NCBI RefSeq assembly: GCF_000195855.1
Contig: NC_002677.1
Coordinates: forward strand, 750,001-782,000
From: Mycobacterium leprae TN
GTDB taxonomy: Bacteria; Actinomycetota; Actinomycetes; Mycobacteriales; Mycobacteriaceae
DNA: 32,000 bases
Direction: 5' to 3'
The position numbers were made by a program, and so were the translations under genes. This document shows, one piece after another, positions 21,272 to 31,886 of the stretch (the first letter of the stretch is position 1; each line of letters opens with the position of its first letter). The notes under the pieces are model-generated. The model was not told the DNA's origin. It was given only the letters and a program-made list of their open reading frames with translations, and searched no databases.

Positions 21272-21721
21272 TCGATCGTACCTAGTTAACTGATAGCAGA
21301 CAAACGCGCAGATAAAAATAAGTTTCCACTGCTGGCTGTTACCGTTGTGCTCAAATCCGCGCTTTGCTGGCCGTCTGAAGTCAGGTTTGCAGGCAGGCGA
21401 AACGGATATATGGAGGGTAGCCACGGTGATTGACTACAACAACGTGTTTGGTGCGGGCGTGGTTGCAGCTGTGTCGACCGCGGGAACCCCTCATGCCGCC
21501 ACATCGGCTGCAGCGGGTCAGTACCGCGTAGCCGCGACAGGAACCCGTCCGTGGATCGGGGCTATACTGAACTACGAAGTCAGCCCGATTTTCGCCAGAT
21601 GGCCACGGAACCGAAATCACCAGGATCCGTGGCACAGTTTTTGGGCAAATAGCCTCCCAACCTGGTACAGATCCTTTTTGAAGAAAGACAGCCACCAGAC
21701 CAGGAAGCAGATGAAAAGGAC

Positions 21722-21991
21722 ATGTTGACACTGACAATCCCTAAACAGACGCTGCCCGGGTTGCCGTGCCATGCCGACACCTCCGACCTATGGTTCGCTG
21801 AGACCCCAGCAGACCTGGAGTGCACCAAAACGCTCTGCGCGAACTGCCCGATCCGCCGCCCGTGCCTGGAGGCAGCGATGGAACGGGCCGAACCCTGGGG
21901 TGTGTGGGGCGGTGAAATTTTCGATCGAGGCTTGATCGTGAGTCGCAAACGTCCTCGTGGACGACCGTGCAACGATGTCGTCGTTGTTTAG
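21722..21991 (+). CDS. whiB7: WhiB7-family redox-sensing transcriptional regulator
   Basis: 89 aa. LPCHADTSDLWFAETPADLECTKTLCANCPIRRPCLEAAMERAEPWGVWGGEIF with four conserved Cys and GVWGG turn, followed by C-terminal AT-hook KRPRGRP. Next to uvrD2 as in other mycobacteria. Confidence 0.95.
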   Translation: MLTLTIPKQTLPGLPCHADTSDLWFAETPADLECTKTLCANCPIRRPCLEAAMERAEPWGVWGGEIFDRGLIVSRKRPRGRPCNDVVVV

Positions 21992-22067
21992 AGAAACAAG
22001 GTCACGAAAGTGCAATTGTCGAATTGTTCCTTGAAGAGACGGCCTCAGTAGTGGCACTTTTGGGGCG

Positions 22068-23402
22068 TTAGACGATGGCAGTATCGGGCTCGGCGAAGCC
22101 GGGAACCAACTTCTCGGTCAGAGCCTTGGTCGGCACATGCGCGTCGAGTTGGCAGAGGATCGCGCCCACCGACGCGATCACCCGCATAGGCAGGGCCAGT
22201 GTAGCCGGCAGATCCAACTGGCGTGCCGTCTTGATGTGCGACACCGATCGGTCTAGGCTTATCTGTTGCAGCCATTTACGTGTGTAGTGGAAAACCTCGA
22301 CTTTGATCGGTTCTACGTACTGGTGCATCATCTCGTCAATGTCGCGCACAGACACCTGTCGGCCTTTTTGGATTAAGCCGGCCTTCTCCATCGTCTGCAG
22401 CAAGAGGTTGTAGTTCTTGTCCCGGGCCAATCGGATGCTCATTCCCAGCTCTACCGGGAAACCACCAGGCAGTGGCGCGATAGCGCCGAAGTCGATGACG
22501 CCCATCCGGCCGTCGGACAGCAGCATGAAATTGCCTGGGTGAGCGTCGCCGTGCAGCATTTCCAATCGGCGTGGCGAATCGAAGGTGAGTTCGAGTAGCA
22601 GTTTTCCCATACGGTCACGTTGTTGGGCGGTTCCGTTACGGATGATTTCGGCCATCGGAACACCATCGATCCACTCCTGGATTATCACTTTCGGTGCGCT
22701 TGCCACCACGTTTGGCACCACAAAGCGCGGGTCGCCCTGATACGCCTTGGCGAAAGCACGTTGGTTGTCAGCCTCCAACCGATAATCTAGTTCCATCTCG
22801 GTGCGTTCGACTAATTCGTCTACCACACCTTGGATGTCAGCACCGGGAGAGAGCTGTTTGAGTATCCCAACCATCCGCTGCATGGTCTTGAGATCGGCGC
22901 GCAACGCCTCATCAGCACCCGGATACTGGATTTTGACCGCCACTTCGCGGCCATAGGACCATACCGCTTTATGCACCTGGCCGATGCTGGCCGAGGCCAC
23001 CGGGGTGTCGTTGAACGAGCTGAACCGGTCCCGCCACTTGGTGCCTAACTGGGCGTCGAGCACCCGATGCACCTTGTTGACCGGCAACGGCGGGGCGTCC
23101 TTTTGCAGCTTGGTCAGGGCTTCGCGGTAGGGCTCGCCGTACTCTTCAGGAATCGCGGCTTCCATCACAGACAATGCCTGGCCGACCTTCATTGCCCCGC
23201 CCTTGAGCTCGCCCAGGACACTGAACAACTGGTGGGCGGTCTTCTCTATCAGCTTGGTGTTAACCTCGTCTTTCGACTTGCCAGTCAGTCGTTTCCCGAG
23301 CCCGAGCACCGCCCGCCCGGCAAGGCCGACCGGAATGCTAGCTAGCTTCGCGTTGCGCGCAGCCTGACCACGTTTGATGTCTGCCACACGTCTATCATCC
23401 AT
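22068..23402 (-). CDS. ABC1/UbiB/ADCK-family atypical protein kinase (Rv3197-like)
   Basis: Minus ORF (track 22068..23537). KGGAMKVGQALS, VASASIGQVHKAVW, EVAVKIQYPG, EMELDYRLEADNQRAF, MLHGDAHPGNFMLLSDGRMGVIDFGAIAPL. The likely start is at 23402 (MDDRRVADIKRGQAARNAKLASIPVGLAGRA). Confidence 0.95.
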   Translation of the reverse strand: MDDRRVADIKRGQAARNAKLASIPVGLAGRAVLGLGKRLTGKSKDEVNTKLIEKTAHQLFSVLGELKGGAMKVGQALSVMEAAIPEEYGEPYREALTKLQKDAPPLPVNKVHRVLDAQLGTKWRDRFSSFNDTPVASASIGQVHKAVWSYGREVAVKIQYPGADEALRADLKTMQRMVGILKQLSPGADIQGVVDELVERTEMELDYRLEADNQRAFAKAYQGDPRFVVPNVVASAPKVIIQEWIDGVPMAEIIRNGTAQQRDRMGKLLLELTFDSPRRLEMLHGDAHPGNFMLLSDGRMGVIDFGAIAPLPGGFPVELGMSIRLARDKNYNLLLQTMEKAGLIQKGRQVSVRDIDEMMHQYVEPIKVEVFHYTRKWLQQISLDRSVSHIKTARQLDLPATLALPMRVIASVGAILCQLDAHVPTKALTEKLVPGFAEPDTAIV

Positions 23403-23599
23403 GACGGTGAAGCGTGCCATGGACGTGATATGGCAATCAATGATCAAACGGCTACATTCATTATTCATTCGGGCTTTCACCCGCATCATCCAGCGTCGAG
23501 CCAATTTTCTCCGTGCAGGTTCAATCTTGTGGTTCATTGAAACGCATGTTCGAAGGGTGGTACCGAAAAGCCATGGCAGTAAAGCAAACGTAACACGAT

Positions 23600-24470
23600 G
23601 CTCTAACGGATATCTGCTCCATTGGTGCGCGACGATAGAGCCGGCGCCCAGATCTCGAACTCCAGTGTGGTGTTCAACGCCGAGGGTGGTCCGGAACCGA
23701 GTAACACCTCCTGTTAGTACACCGCGACGATCACTCGATCCACCGGGCTTAGCGTCAGTGCCGCGGTGGTGAGTGGGGTGGCCTGGTTGGCCACCCCGAT
23801 GGTGTCTTGCAGCTGGGCGGCGAACGCCGGCCAGACGGTGTCGCAGTCGCTGCCGTGCAGGTCTGCACAGGCTTGGCAGCTAGTTACGCCGGTAATGACC
23901 AGCAGCCCCATCAGGTTAGGCCTCGTGCCGTTACGGACGTGGACCGGAAGGTGTCCGATACACCCCGGCTATACAAATCGCACACCATGCGCGGGTCAGC
24001 GACCAGGTGGGTACGAAAACGACTACCAGGTCCACTGCGGAAGTGACTGGTATGCATATTGGCTGGCTGTGCGTTATCTCGGGCTCGAGAGCAGTGTAGC
24101 GTCTCCACCAGCAGGTCTGACAGCGGGGCCGCGGCTGTCCGGCCACGGGACTGCCGGTATCCGCGGGTTGCGACACCGGCACCAAAACTAGTTGCGCGAC
24201 GAGGTTCGCCGGGTCTTCGGGGCGGCCGACTTCCATATGCCCATATGCCGGCCTGCCCCTGCAACTTGGCTATCGGTGTCGATTATCACATGGATTGATT
24301 GCAGCAGCGCGACTAACTCCGCCGCGGCGGGGCCGTACCGGTGGGTGGATCAGCGCGGTCCTGCGGAGATCTCAACCGACCTACACCGCGCCGTCCGGCC
24401 GGCAGCAGCACCGGCATGGCATCGCGGGGTCCAGCGTATAGAGGTTTAGAGCGCAGTTTCCGGCATGACT
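23600..24470 (-). pseudogene. ThiF/cyclodehydratase-like conserved protein (position matches Rv3196), decayed
   Basis: Minus-strand fragments in different frames: LGLDPAMPCRCCCRPDGAV / DLRRTALIHPPVRPRRGGVSRAAAI; HIPVTSAVDLVVVFVPTWSLTR; MGLLVITGVTSCQACADLHGSDCDTVWPAFAAQLQDTIGVANQATPLTTAALTLSPVDRVIVAVY; LGSGPPSALNTTLEFEIWAPA. The order matches a ThiF-like domain with the 'P-G-T-S-C-x-x-C-A-D-L-H' pattern of actinobacterial members. Confidence 0.55.
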
Positions 24471-24505
24471 CGAGACTTTAGCCATGCCGGACATTCAAGT
24501 CTCGA

Positions 24506-25945
24506 TCAGTTATCCACAGGACCGCCAGAGCCGGGGGTCCTACCATCGGAGTTGCCACGGTCTAGATCGAGTTTGGCGATCGCTTCGTCGATGCCGCTGG
24601 TATCGCCACCGATGATTCGATCGATGAAGCTGGCCGGGTCGTCGAGATCCTTTCCAGAGGGCAGCAGATCCGGGTGTTGCCAGACAGCATCACGGGCGTC
24701 CACGCCGGCAGCTTGGGTCAAGCGTTCCCATAGCACGGCAGCCTCCCGCAACTTACGTGGCCGCAGTTCCAAGCCGACCAGCGTGGCGAATGTCTGTTCG
24801 GCCGGGCCGCCACTGGCTCGACGTCGGCGCAGCGTCTCGCCGAGCGCGGCAGCACCTGGAATCCGATCGCCCAGAGCCGCGGTCACTACTACCTGCACCC
24901 AGCCCTCGATCAGTGCCAGCAGGGCTTCTAGCCGTTCCAGTGCCTGAGTTTGTGCTGGGGTTGCCTGGGGTTCGAAAACACCCTGACCCAGCAGCTCCTC
25001 TATGGCGGTGGGATCGGACAGCGAGGCTGGATTGAAATCGCGTGCTAGCTCCTCAATTCCGTTCATGTCGATCTTCATACCCGCGGCATAGGCTTCCACG
25101 GCGCCCAGCAATTGACTGGCCAGCCAGGGCACGTGGCTGAATAAGCGGTGGTGTGCGGCCTCACGAGTGGCCAGGAATGTCAGAATCTCGCACCGCGGCT
25201 GTTCGAGCCCATCGGCGAAGGATTCGACAGCTTGCGGCATTATCGCCGCTACGCCCCTGGGTCCCAGCGGGAGACCGATATCTGTCGATGTTAGCACTTC
25301 GCGGGACAATTGACCAAATGCCTGGCCTAGTTGCGAACCAAAGGCCATGCCGCCCATTTGCGACATCATCGACAGCAGCGGGCTGGCCATACTCTTGGCC
25401 TCCTCCGGCAGTGACGCTGCCCACACGGTCGAGATTTGTTGGGCCATCGGGTCACATAGCCTTTTCCACGTCTCCAAGGTGTTGTTGACCCAGTCGTCGG
25501 GGGTCCAGCCCTCCGCTTTTGTGGTACCCGCGGGCAGCGCGGTGACCCCGTCCAGCCAGGTCTCGGCGAGATGTACCGCATCGCCGATTGCCGAGCTTGT
25601 GGTTGCCGGGATGGGCGCGACAAACCCTATTGAACTCGACGCGACTCGTCGCGCCAATTCATAATTGACTGGACCGAGTTGTTTGTCCGCGGTCATTGCG
25701 GTGCCAGCGTTGGTGAACATTTGACCCAGGTGGGTGAAGATCTGTCCCAGGTCGCTCATGCCGAAGTCTCCACTCATACCGAACGAAGCTAACGGGTCTG
25801 ATCCGCTCGAGCCGGAATCGGGGCCGTTTTTTCCGTGCTTGTCGCGTCCCGACTCGTCGTTTGGGGAGTCGTTTCCGGAAGAGAAGCCGAAAGGTGGGTT
25901 AGCCACACCGTCAACGGTACTCACAGGTGAGCCAGAATGCGCCAC
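24506..25945 (-). CDS. DUF2342 / zincin-like 'F420 biosynthesis associated' protein (Rv3195-like)
   Basis: 479 aa intact ORF: PPFGFSSGNDSP..., DLGQIFTHLGQMFTNAG, GPVNYELARRVA, QLGQAFGQLSREVLTSTDIGLPL, LATREAAHHRLFSHVPWLASQLLGAVEAYAAGMKIDM, TQALERLEALLALIEGWVQVVVTAAL. Confidence 0.88.
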   Translation of the reverse strand: MAHSGSPVSTVDGVANPPFGFSSGNDSPNDESGRDKHGKNGPDSGSSGSDPLASFGMSGDFGMSDLGQIFTHLGQMFTNAGTAMTADKQLGPVNYELARRVASSSIGFVAPIPATTSSAIGDAVHLAETWLDGVTALPAGTTKAEGWTPDDWVNNTLETWKRLCDPMAQQISTVWAASLPEEAKSMASPLLSMMSQMGGMAFGSQLGQAFGQLSREVLTSTDIGLPLGPRGVAAIMPQAVESFADGLEQPRCEILTFLATREAAHHRLFSHVPWLASQLLGAVEAYAAGMKIDMNGIEELARDFNPASLSDPTAIEELLGQGVFEPQATPAQTQALERLEALLALIEGWVQVVVTAALGDRIPGAAALGETLRRRRASGGPAEQTFATLVGLELRPRKLREAAVLWERLTQAAGVDARDAVWQHPDLLPSGKDLDDPASFIDRIIGGDTSGIDEAIAKLDLDRGNSDGRTPGSGGPVDN

Positions 25946-26007
25946 CCCGGGTCATGCTTATAGCTGAACGAGCACGATGAAATGAGAGTACGTCTAATCT
26001 AAGCGGC

Positions 26008-27030
26008 GTGAACAGGCGGATTCTCACCTTGTTGGTTGCGCTGGTGCCGATTCTGGTCTTCGGCGTGTTGCTTGCGGTGGTGACGGTGCCGTTCGTGTCG
26101 CTGGGCCCCGGTCCCACTTTTGACACACTCGGTGAGGTGGACGGCAAGCAGGTCGTCGCGATCAAAGGCGCGCACACGCACCCGACGTCTGGTCATCTCA
26201 ACATGACAACGGTGTCCCAGCGCGACGATCTGACCTTGGGTGAAGCCCTGACATTGTGGCTGTCCGGACAAGAACAGCTGGTGCCGCGCGACCTAATCTA
26301 CCCGCCGGGAAAGTCGAGGGAAGACGTTGACAAGGTCAACTACGCTGATTTCAAACAGTCCGAGGACAGTGCAGCTTATGCCGCACTGGGATACCTGCAG
26401 TATCCGTCTGCAGTTACCGTTGCTAAAGTCACTGATCCTGGTCAGTCAGTGGGCAAACTGAAGTCTGGTGATGCCGTGGACGCGGTCAACGGCAGCCCGG
26501 TGGCCAATGTCGAGCAATTCACCGGATTGCTGAAGAAAACTAAGCCCGGCGAGGTGGTGACCATCGACTTTCGTCGCAAGAACGAGCCACCCGGTGTGGT
26601 ACAGATAACATTGGGTGCGAACAAAGATCGCGACTACGGCTTTTTGGGTGTCGCGGTGCTAGATGCGCCGTGGGCGCCATTTGTGGTGGATTTCAACCTC
26701 GCCAACGTTGGCGGTCCCTCGGCCGGACTGATGTTCAGCCTGGCGGTTGTCGACAAGCTGACCACCGGCGACTTGGTCGGGTCTACGTTCGTCGCGGGCA
26801 CCGGAACCATCAGCATCGACGGCAAGGTGGGCCCTATTGGAGGCATCGCGCACAAGATGGCTGCCGCCCGCGCTGCCGGCGCCACGGTGTTTCTAGTGCC
26901 CGCGAAGAACTGCTACGAGGCGCGCTCCGATAACCGCACCGGCCTGCGATTGGTTAAGGTCGAGAGCCTCAGCCAAGCCGTGGACGCGTTGCACGCTATG
27001 ACGTCGGGGGGCCAGCTGCCGAGCTGCTAA
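26008..27030 (+). CDS. Membrane-anchored PDZ/Lon-like serine protease (Rv3194c-like)
   Basis: 340 aa with an N-terminal TM segment (RRILTLLVALVPILVFGVLLAVVTVPF), PDZ region (VGKLKSGDAVDAVNGSPVANVEQFTGLLKKTKPGEVVTIDFRR) and Lon-type catalytic core NVGGPSAGLMFSLAVVD...GTGTISIDGKVGPIGGIAHKMAAARAAGATVFLVP. Confidence 0.93.
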   Translation: MNRRILTLLVALVPILVFGVLLAVVTVPFVSLGPGPTFDTLGEVDGKQVVAIKGAHTHPTSGHLNMTTVSQRDDLTLGEALTLWLSGQEQLVPRDLIYPPGKSREDVDKVNYADFKQSEDSAAYAALGYLQYPSAVTVAKVTDPGQSVGKLKSGDAVDAVNGSPVANVEQFTGLLKKTKPGEVVTIDFRRKNEPPGVVQITLGANKDRDYGFLGVAVLDAPWAPFVVDFNLANVGGPSAGLMFSLAVVDKLTTGDLVGSTFVAGTGTISIDGKVGPIGGIAHKMAAARAAGATVFLVPAKNCYEARSDNRTGLRLVKVESLSQAVDALHAMTSGGQLPSC

Positions 27031-27175
27031 TCTGGCCTTTTCGCCTGCCATCAAAGGATACCGAGGTGTGTAGATGCGTAGAGTTGTGACCGTTAAGAAG
27101 ATATCTGGCAACAGGCCCTGCAGTACGGGTGCCAACAAAATCGAAGCCAGTCAAGTCGAGCAGGGAGCGTAGCTA

Positions 27176-30127
27176 GTGGGGATGCGGCCCGCTGCAAGGA
27201 TGCCGAAACTGACTCGGCGTAGCCGGACTCTGATCATGGTCGCACTGGGTGTGATCGTGTTGCTGCTTGCGGGTCCGCGACTGGTCGATGCGTACGTTGA
27301 GTGGCTGTGGTTCGGTGAGCTTGGCTACCGTTCGGTATTCAGTACTGTGCTGGTTACCCGCGTCGTGGTGTTCCTGGTAGCCGGGCTGGTGGTCGGCGGC
27401 ATTGTGTTTGCCGGACTCGCGGTGGCTTATCGAACTCGCCCGGTCTTTGTCCCGAGTCACGACAACGACCCGGTGGCGCGGTATCGCGCCATGGCGTTAT
27501 CGCGGCTCCGGTTGATCGGTGTCGGGATCCCGGCGGCGATCGGCCTGCTGGCCGGCATTATCGCGCAGAGCTACTGGGTCCGGATCCAACTGTTCTTGCA
27601 CGGCGATAACTTTGGTATCAGGGATCCACAGTTCGGCAAGGACCTCGGTTTTTACGCGTTCGAACTGCCATTCTACCGGCTGGTTCTCAGCTACGTGTTT
27701 GTTGCGGTATTTCTGGCTTTTGTCGTAAACCTGTTGGCGCACTATATCTTCGGTGGAATCCGGCTGTCCGGACGCACTGGCGCGCTAAGCCGCTTGGCGC
27801 GTCTCCAGTTGGTCAGCTTGGTCGGTGTGCTGGTGCTACTTAAAGCTGTTGCCTATTGGCTGGACCGATATGAGTTACTGTCGCGTACGCGTAGCAGTAA
27901 GCCGTTCACCGGCGCTGGATACACTGATATCAATGCGGTGCAGCCCGCCAAGCTGATCTTGATAGCGATTGCGCTGATTTGTGCCGCTGCCGTGTTCTCC
28001 GCGATCACGTTGCGGGACTTTCGGATTCCTGCCATCGGCCTCGTTTTGCTGATGCTGTCGTCGTTGATCGTGGGTACGGGTTGGCCGTTGATCGTTGAAC
28101 AGCTCATCGCCAAGCCGGATGCGGTACGCAAGGAAAGCGAGTACATCAGGCGAAGTATCACCGCGACCCGGCATGCCTATGGCCTGACTGAAGATGTGGT
28201 GACCTATCGGAATTATATCGGCGACGCGCCTGCGATCGCCCAGCAGATCGCCACTGATCATGCTACCACCTCGAACATCCGGCTACTCGACCCCACGATC
28301 GTCAGCCCTGCGTTTACCCAATTCCAGCGGGGTAAGAACTTTTACTACTTCCCCGACCAGCTGTCAATCGACCGTTACCTTGACAAAAAGGGTAACCTCC
28401 GTGACTACGTTGTGGCGGCGCGTGAGCTCAACCCGGACCGGTTGATTGACAATCAGCGTGACTGGATCAACCGGCATACCGTTTACACGCACGGGAACGG
28501 ATTCATAGCGTCGCCGGCAAACACCGTACGCGGTATCGCCAATGACCCGAACCAAAATGGTGGCTATCCTCAATTCTTGGTCAATGTCGTCGGGAACGGT
28601 ACCGTGGTGTCCGAAGGGCCGGCGCGGCTGGATCAACCCCGCGTTTACTTCGGGCCGGTGATCTCCAATACCTCCGCCGATTATGCGATCGTCGGAAAAA
28701 ATGGTGATGACCGCGAATACGACTACGAGACCAACACCGATACCAAGAGATACACCTACGCTGGCAGCGGGGGAGTCCCGATCGGCAGCTGGCTGTCCCG
28801 TAGTGTGTTCGCTGCGAAATTTGCCGAGCGAAATTTTTTGTTTTCCAGCGTGATTGGTTCCAACAGCAAGATTTTGTTCAACCGCGATCCGGCGCAGCGG
28901 GTGGAAGCGGTGGCGCCTTGGTTGACGACTGACAGCAGCGTTTATCCGGCCATCGTGAACAAGCGACTGGTGTGGATCATCGACGGCTACACCACTCTGG
29001 ACAATTATCCCTACTCTGAACGTACCTCGCTGTCGTCGGCGACTGCCGACTCTACCGAGGTGGCTTTCAATCGATTGGCTCCCGATAAGCGAGTCGCATA
29101 TATCCGGAACTCGGTGAAGGCCACTGTGGATGCTTACGACGGCGCCGTGACGCTATATCAGCAGGATGAGTATGATCCGGTGCTAAAAGTGTGGATGAAG
29201 GTCTTTCCGGGCACCGTCCGACCCAAAGGCGACATTACGCCCGAACTGGCGGAGCATCTCCGCTATCCCGAGGACCTGTTCAAGGTGCAGCGGATGCTGC
29301 TGGCTAAGTATCATGTCAATGATCCCGGAACGTTCTTCAACACATCGGATTTCTGGGACGTGCCGCTAGATCCGAATCCGACTGCCAGCAGTTATCAGCC
29401 GCCGTACTACATCGTCGCGAAAAACATTCTCAAGAACGACAGGTCGGCATCATACCAGCTGACCAGCGCGATGAATAGGTTCAAGCAAGACTTCCTGGCC
29501 GCTTACATCAGCGCCAGCTCTGATCCTGAGACGTACGGCAAGATCACTGTGCTGACCATTCCTGGAAACGTCAACGGTCCCAAACTGGCCAATAACGCGA
29601 TCACCACCGATCCGGCGGTATCCCAGGATCTGGGTGTGATTGGGCGGGACAACCAAAACCGGATCCGTTGGGGTAACTTGCTGACGCTGCCGGTGGCTCA
29701 GGGTGGGCTGCTGTACGTGGAACCTGTCTATGCATCACCGGGTGTCAGCGACGCCGCCTCGTCGTACCCGCGTCTTATTCGCGTGGCAATGATGTACAAC
29801 GACAAGATTGGATACGGCCCCACCGTCGGTGACGCGCTCACCGGCCTATTCGGGCCCGGCGCGGCTTCCGCTGCTACCGGCATCGAACCGACCGAAGCGG
29901 TACCGCCAAAGTCACCCGCAGGTTCTTCGACGCCTCCGATCGCGGTGGTGCCGTCAGCCCCAGACGGGTCGGTTGCATTGTCGGCCGCCAAGGCCGCCGC
30001 GCTGCAAGAGATTCAGGCGGTGATTGGCGCGGCTCGCGAAGCACAGAAAAAGGGTGATTTCGTCGCCTATGGTTCGGCGCTACAGCGGCTCGACGACGCC
30101 ATCACTAAGTTCAACAGCACGAAGTAG
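27176..30127 (+). CDS. UPF0182 family large membrane protein (Rv3193c-like)
   Basis: 983 aa. Seven or more hydrophobic N-terminal segments ([23 protein letters not shown] etc.), then a large conserved domain: [75 protein letters not shown]-like text. Proline/serine/threonine-rich C-terminus. Confidence 0.95.
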   Translation: MGMRPAARMPKLTRRSRTLIMVALGVIVLLLAGPRLVDAYVEWLWFGELGYRSVFSTVLVTRVVVFLVAGLVVGGIVFAGLAVAYRTRPVFVPSHDNDPVARYRAMALSRLRLIGVGIPAAIGLLAGIIAQSYWVRIQLFLHGDNFGIRDPQFGKDLGFYAFELPFYRLVLSYVFVAVFLAFVVNLLAHYIFGGIRLSGRTGALSRLARLQLVSLVGVLVLLKAVAYWLDRYELLSRTRSSKPFTGAGYTDINAVQPAKLILIAIALICAAAVFSAITLRDFRIPAIGLVLLMLSSLIVGTGWPLIVEQLIAKPDAVRKESEYIRRSITATRHAYGLTEDVVTYRNYIGDAPAIAQQIATDHATTSNIRLLDPTIVSPAFTQFQRGKNFYYFPDQLSIDRYLDKKGNLRDYVVAARELNPDRLIDNQRDWINRHTVYTHGNGFIASPANTVRGIANDPNQNGGYPQFLVNVVGNGTVVSEGPARLDQPRVYFGPVISNTSADYAIVGKNGDDREYDYETNTDTKRYTYAGSGGVPIGSWLSRSVFAAKFAERNFLFSSVIGSNSKILFNRDPAQRVEAVAPWLTTDSSVYPAIVNKRLVWIIDGYTTLDNYPYSERTSLSSATADSTEVAFNRLAPDKRVAYIRNSVKATVDAYDGAVTLYQQDEYDPVLKVWMKVFPGTVRPKGDITPELAEHLRYPEDLFKVQRMLLAKYHVNDPGTFFNTSDFWDVPLDPNPTASSYQPPYYIVAKNILKNDRSASYQLTSAMNRFKQDFLAAYISASSDPETYGKITVLTIPGNVNGPKLANNAITTDPAVSQDLGVIGRDNQNRIRWGNLLTLPVAQGGLLYVEPVYASPGVSDAASSYPRLIRVAMMYNDKIGYGPTVGDALTGLFGPGAASAATGIEPTEAVPPKSPAGSSTPPIAVVPSAPDGSVALSAAKAAALQEIQAVIGAAREAQKKGDFVAYGSALQRLDDAITKFNSTK

Positions 30128-30283
30128 GTAGTCCGTATCGGTTTTGCCGCGCCGCGAGCGGCGTGTCTGTACACCGGCACGCCGTAAACTCTGGGATTCT
30201 GCGTGTGTTCGCCGTGCGTGCCACCGCTTCGGACAGGCGATTTGCTGACATTCGGCGGTGTTCGGTAACCTTGCATTTATCGA

Positions 30284-30360
30284 CGCGGGGTGGAGCAGCT
30301 CGGTAGCTCGCTGGGCTCATAACCCAGAGGTCGCAGGTTCGAATCCTGTCCCCGCTACCA
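30284..30360 (+). tRNA. Initiator tRNA-fMet (anticodon CAT)
   Basis: 77 nt cgcggggtggagcagctcggtagctcgctgggctcataacccagaggtcgcaggttcgaatcctgtccccgctacca. Complete cloverleaf, CAT anticodon, three consecutive G:C pairs in the anticodon stem (GGG...CCC), unpaired 1:72 position, encoded CCA. Confidence 0.98.
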
Positions 30361-31872
30361 GGAAAATGGCCCTCGGAGACTTCTTCGAGAGCTATTTTCA
30401 TGCTCGATGAGCACGCTTTGGACACATTAGCTAGACTTGTTAGTTGCCTGAGAAGTCTGTTTCGTGGGTTGGGTCCCACCCTTTCTTTGCTTATGATGAT
30501 TGCGGTCCGCTGTGCCACGGTGTCTTCGTCATCGTTTGCCAAACGCGGTTTCCCAGAAATTCACCGCTAAAAGCTGTTCTCCTGGGGAGCTTTAGCACCC
30601 GAATTGGCATGCCAGTAGCCGTTAGCCAGTCGGCGATCATCCGAAAGCAGGTCGGTGCCAAGGTGCTCGGCGAACGTCATGTATCTTGCGTCAGCGCAGG
30701 TGACATTTGCCCGCAACCGCCCCGCACTTCGCTAAGAACAGTTCGTGTACCCAAGGCAGTCGTCCGGCAACGACGCCTATAGCGCTCGCCCGCGCAGCGG
30801 GTCGGCGGGCAGTTCGACGTCAGCGGAGGTGTCGATGACGATCGGGTTCACACCTCGCCAGCGGCGCGCTTAGGCGAGGGGGTCAGCAACCCGGCCACCC
30901 CGGGATCGACTGGTTTTTCCACCTGACGACGATCAAGCTAGGCGGTAGAACGACTCTGGCGTGATTTGATCATTGGGGTCGTGGACGACCACAGCCGGGT
31001 CCGACGGGATATCAGGGAAGCCCATCCACGAACTCCACCCTATCGAACTACACGAATGTGGCGGTAATACGATAATAATATAAATAGTAGTTTAGCCACA
31101 TACCCGGACACCTGTCGGGACCCGAGACTTCAGGTGTGTTTACCTGTACTCCCCCGGATTCACCTCCCTAGAGGGAAGAAGGATCATTCTGTGGCAGTAG
31201 TGTGCGGACCGTCGGTCGATGGAAGTGGGCCCGGCTTGTGGCTTGCGATGTCGGTTATTTTGCTGTCACTCCCAATCGTAGATCCCCGTCTTTCCGGAAT
31301 ATGCGCCCTAACTTGCCGGCGGGTTTGTCTACGCTTTTTATGATGTTGCCGTTGCTGCCGTCGACGGGAACGCCTAGCGAAAAAGGCAACGTTTGCTCGG
31401 AAGGAAAAAGTCACTTTCACGTCGAAGCCACCGCATTGACGCCAGTCCGGCAACAGGTTCGTCAGTTGTGTTTGGGCTGTGCTGCGCCACGAAAAGCTGT
31501 GACCGCAGCAATGATTTGCATCAAGTTGCTGGGGTCACGTGTGTCGGAGAATTGTGACGCGCGATAACTGAAGACGGCTTCGACGTTTTAGGCGTCCGGT
31601 GTGCTAGGGCGGGTGTTTGCCCAGCAAGTCGGGCGACCGATATGTCTTTGCATGTACCCCCTGTGATGTGGTTTTACGTTTGCTCTACTGTCAGGTTCTG
31701 GTCGCCGGTGATGTCCTTGGCGTCGCCGAGACCAGACAACAGCGGAGCTGTAGTACCCGGCCGCAACCGTGTCCGGCGCTGCGGTGGCGGTGTCGTGGTG
31801 GGAGCCACGGTGTTGTTCTAGGTGATGCCAGTTAGGGTTACCCACCCGACCAATGCGACGATGGCAAGGGTG

Positions 31873-31886
31873 ATATATATATATAT
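31873..31886. repeat. Dinucleotide microsatellite (AT)7
   Basis: atatatatatatat read directly within tgatatatatatatatcgac. Confidence 0.95.

Noticed and set aside
22830-23345. Plus-strand ORFs 22830..23048 and 23067..23345
   Set aside because: Antisense to the ABC1-family kinase, whose conserved kinase motifs are clear on the minus strand.
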